Positions 63,848 to 64,000 of a stretch of 64,000 nt of DNA are shown piece after piece. The notes under the pieces are model-generated. The model was not told the origin of the DNA. It made no database searches and was given only the letters and a program-made list of their open reading frames with translations. The first letter of the stretch is position 1; every line of letters begins with the position of its first letter. This stretch comes from Octopus sinensis (Eukaryota). Both the position numbers and the translations under genes were made by a program. Where the stretch lies: contig NC_043021.1 in NCBI RefSeq assembly GCF_006345805.1, forward strand, positions 13,268,001 to 13,332,000. The letters are read 5' to 3'.

Positions 63848-64000
63848 TTAACCCTTTCATTACCATATTTATTTTGAGATGCTCTGTGTTTCTTTCGATT
63901 ATTTTAAATATAACAAAGAGTTTAGTAAAATAACTTAGTTATCATTAAGCTAGTGTTAGGAACATAAATTGTGCCAAAGGTTTGGTGGAAGATTTTAATT
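63848..64000. mobile_element. piggyBac-like MITE, runs off the window end
   Basis: Starts TTAACCCTTTCATTACC. Confidence 0.65.

Noticed and set aside
1-64000. Conserved bilaterian microRNAs, rRNA, snRNA or an intact transposase/RT gene
   Set aside because: None recognised by eye. This is not exhaustive; an Rfam/miRNA and HMM scan would be needed to exclude them.

Overview
AT-rich, repeat-dense animal genomic DNA, most consistent with an octopus or other coleoid cephalopod (inferred from the SINE families; not checked by search). I found no protein-coding gene I can name, and nearly all ORFs in the supplied track are translations of microsatellites or SINEs. One RNA gene looks intact: tRNA-Leu(CAG) at 11010-11093. 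The rest is dominated by three SINE-like families (labelled A, B, C here), decayed LINE 3' ends (CR1-like, L1/Tx1-like, RTE-like), DNA-transposon derivatives (Helitron, Merlin-like, hAT, mariner/Tc1, Tigger-like, piggyBac-like) and many micro- and minisatellites. Two patterns stand out. (1) A tRNA-headed short element carries a Penelope-type minimal hammerhead ribozyme motif (two copies, plus a decayed second variant). (2) Four local fold-back inverted duplications occur, one a perfect 166-bp palindrome 37 bp upstream of the tRNA gene. A few unique stretches are weak exon candidates. SINE boundaries are approximate (about 10 bp); boundaries with explicit TIR/TSD evidence were counted base by base.
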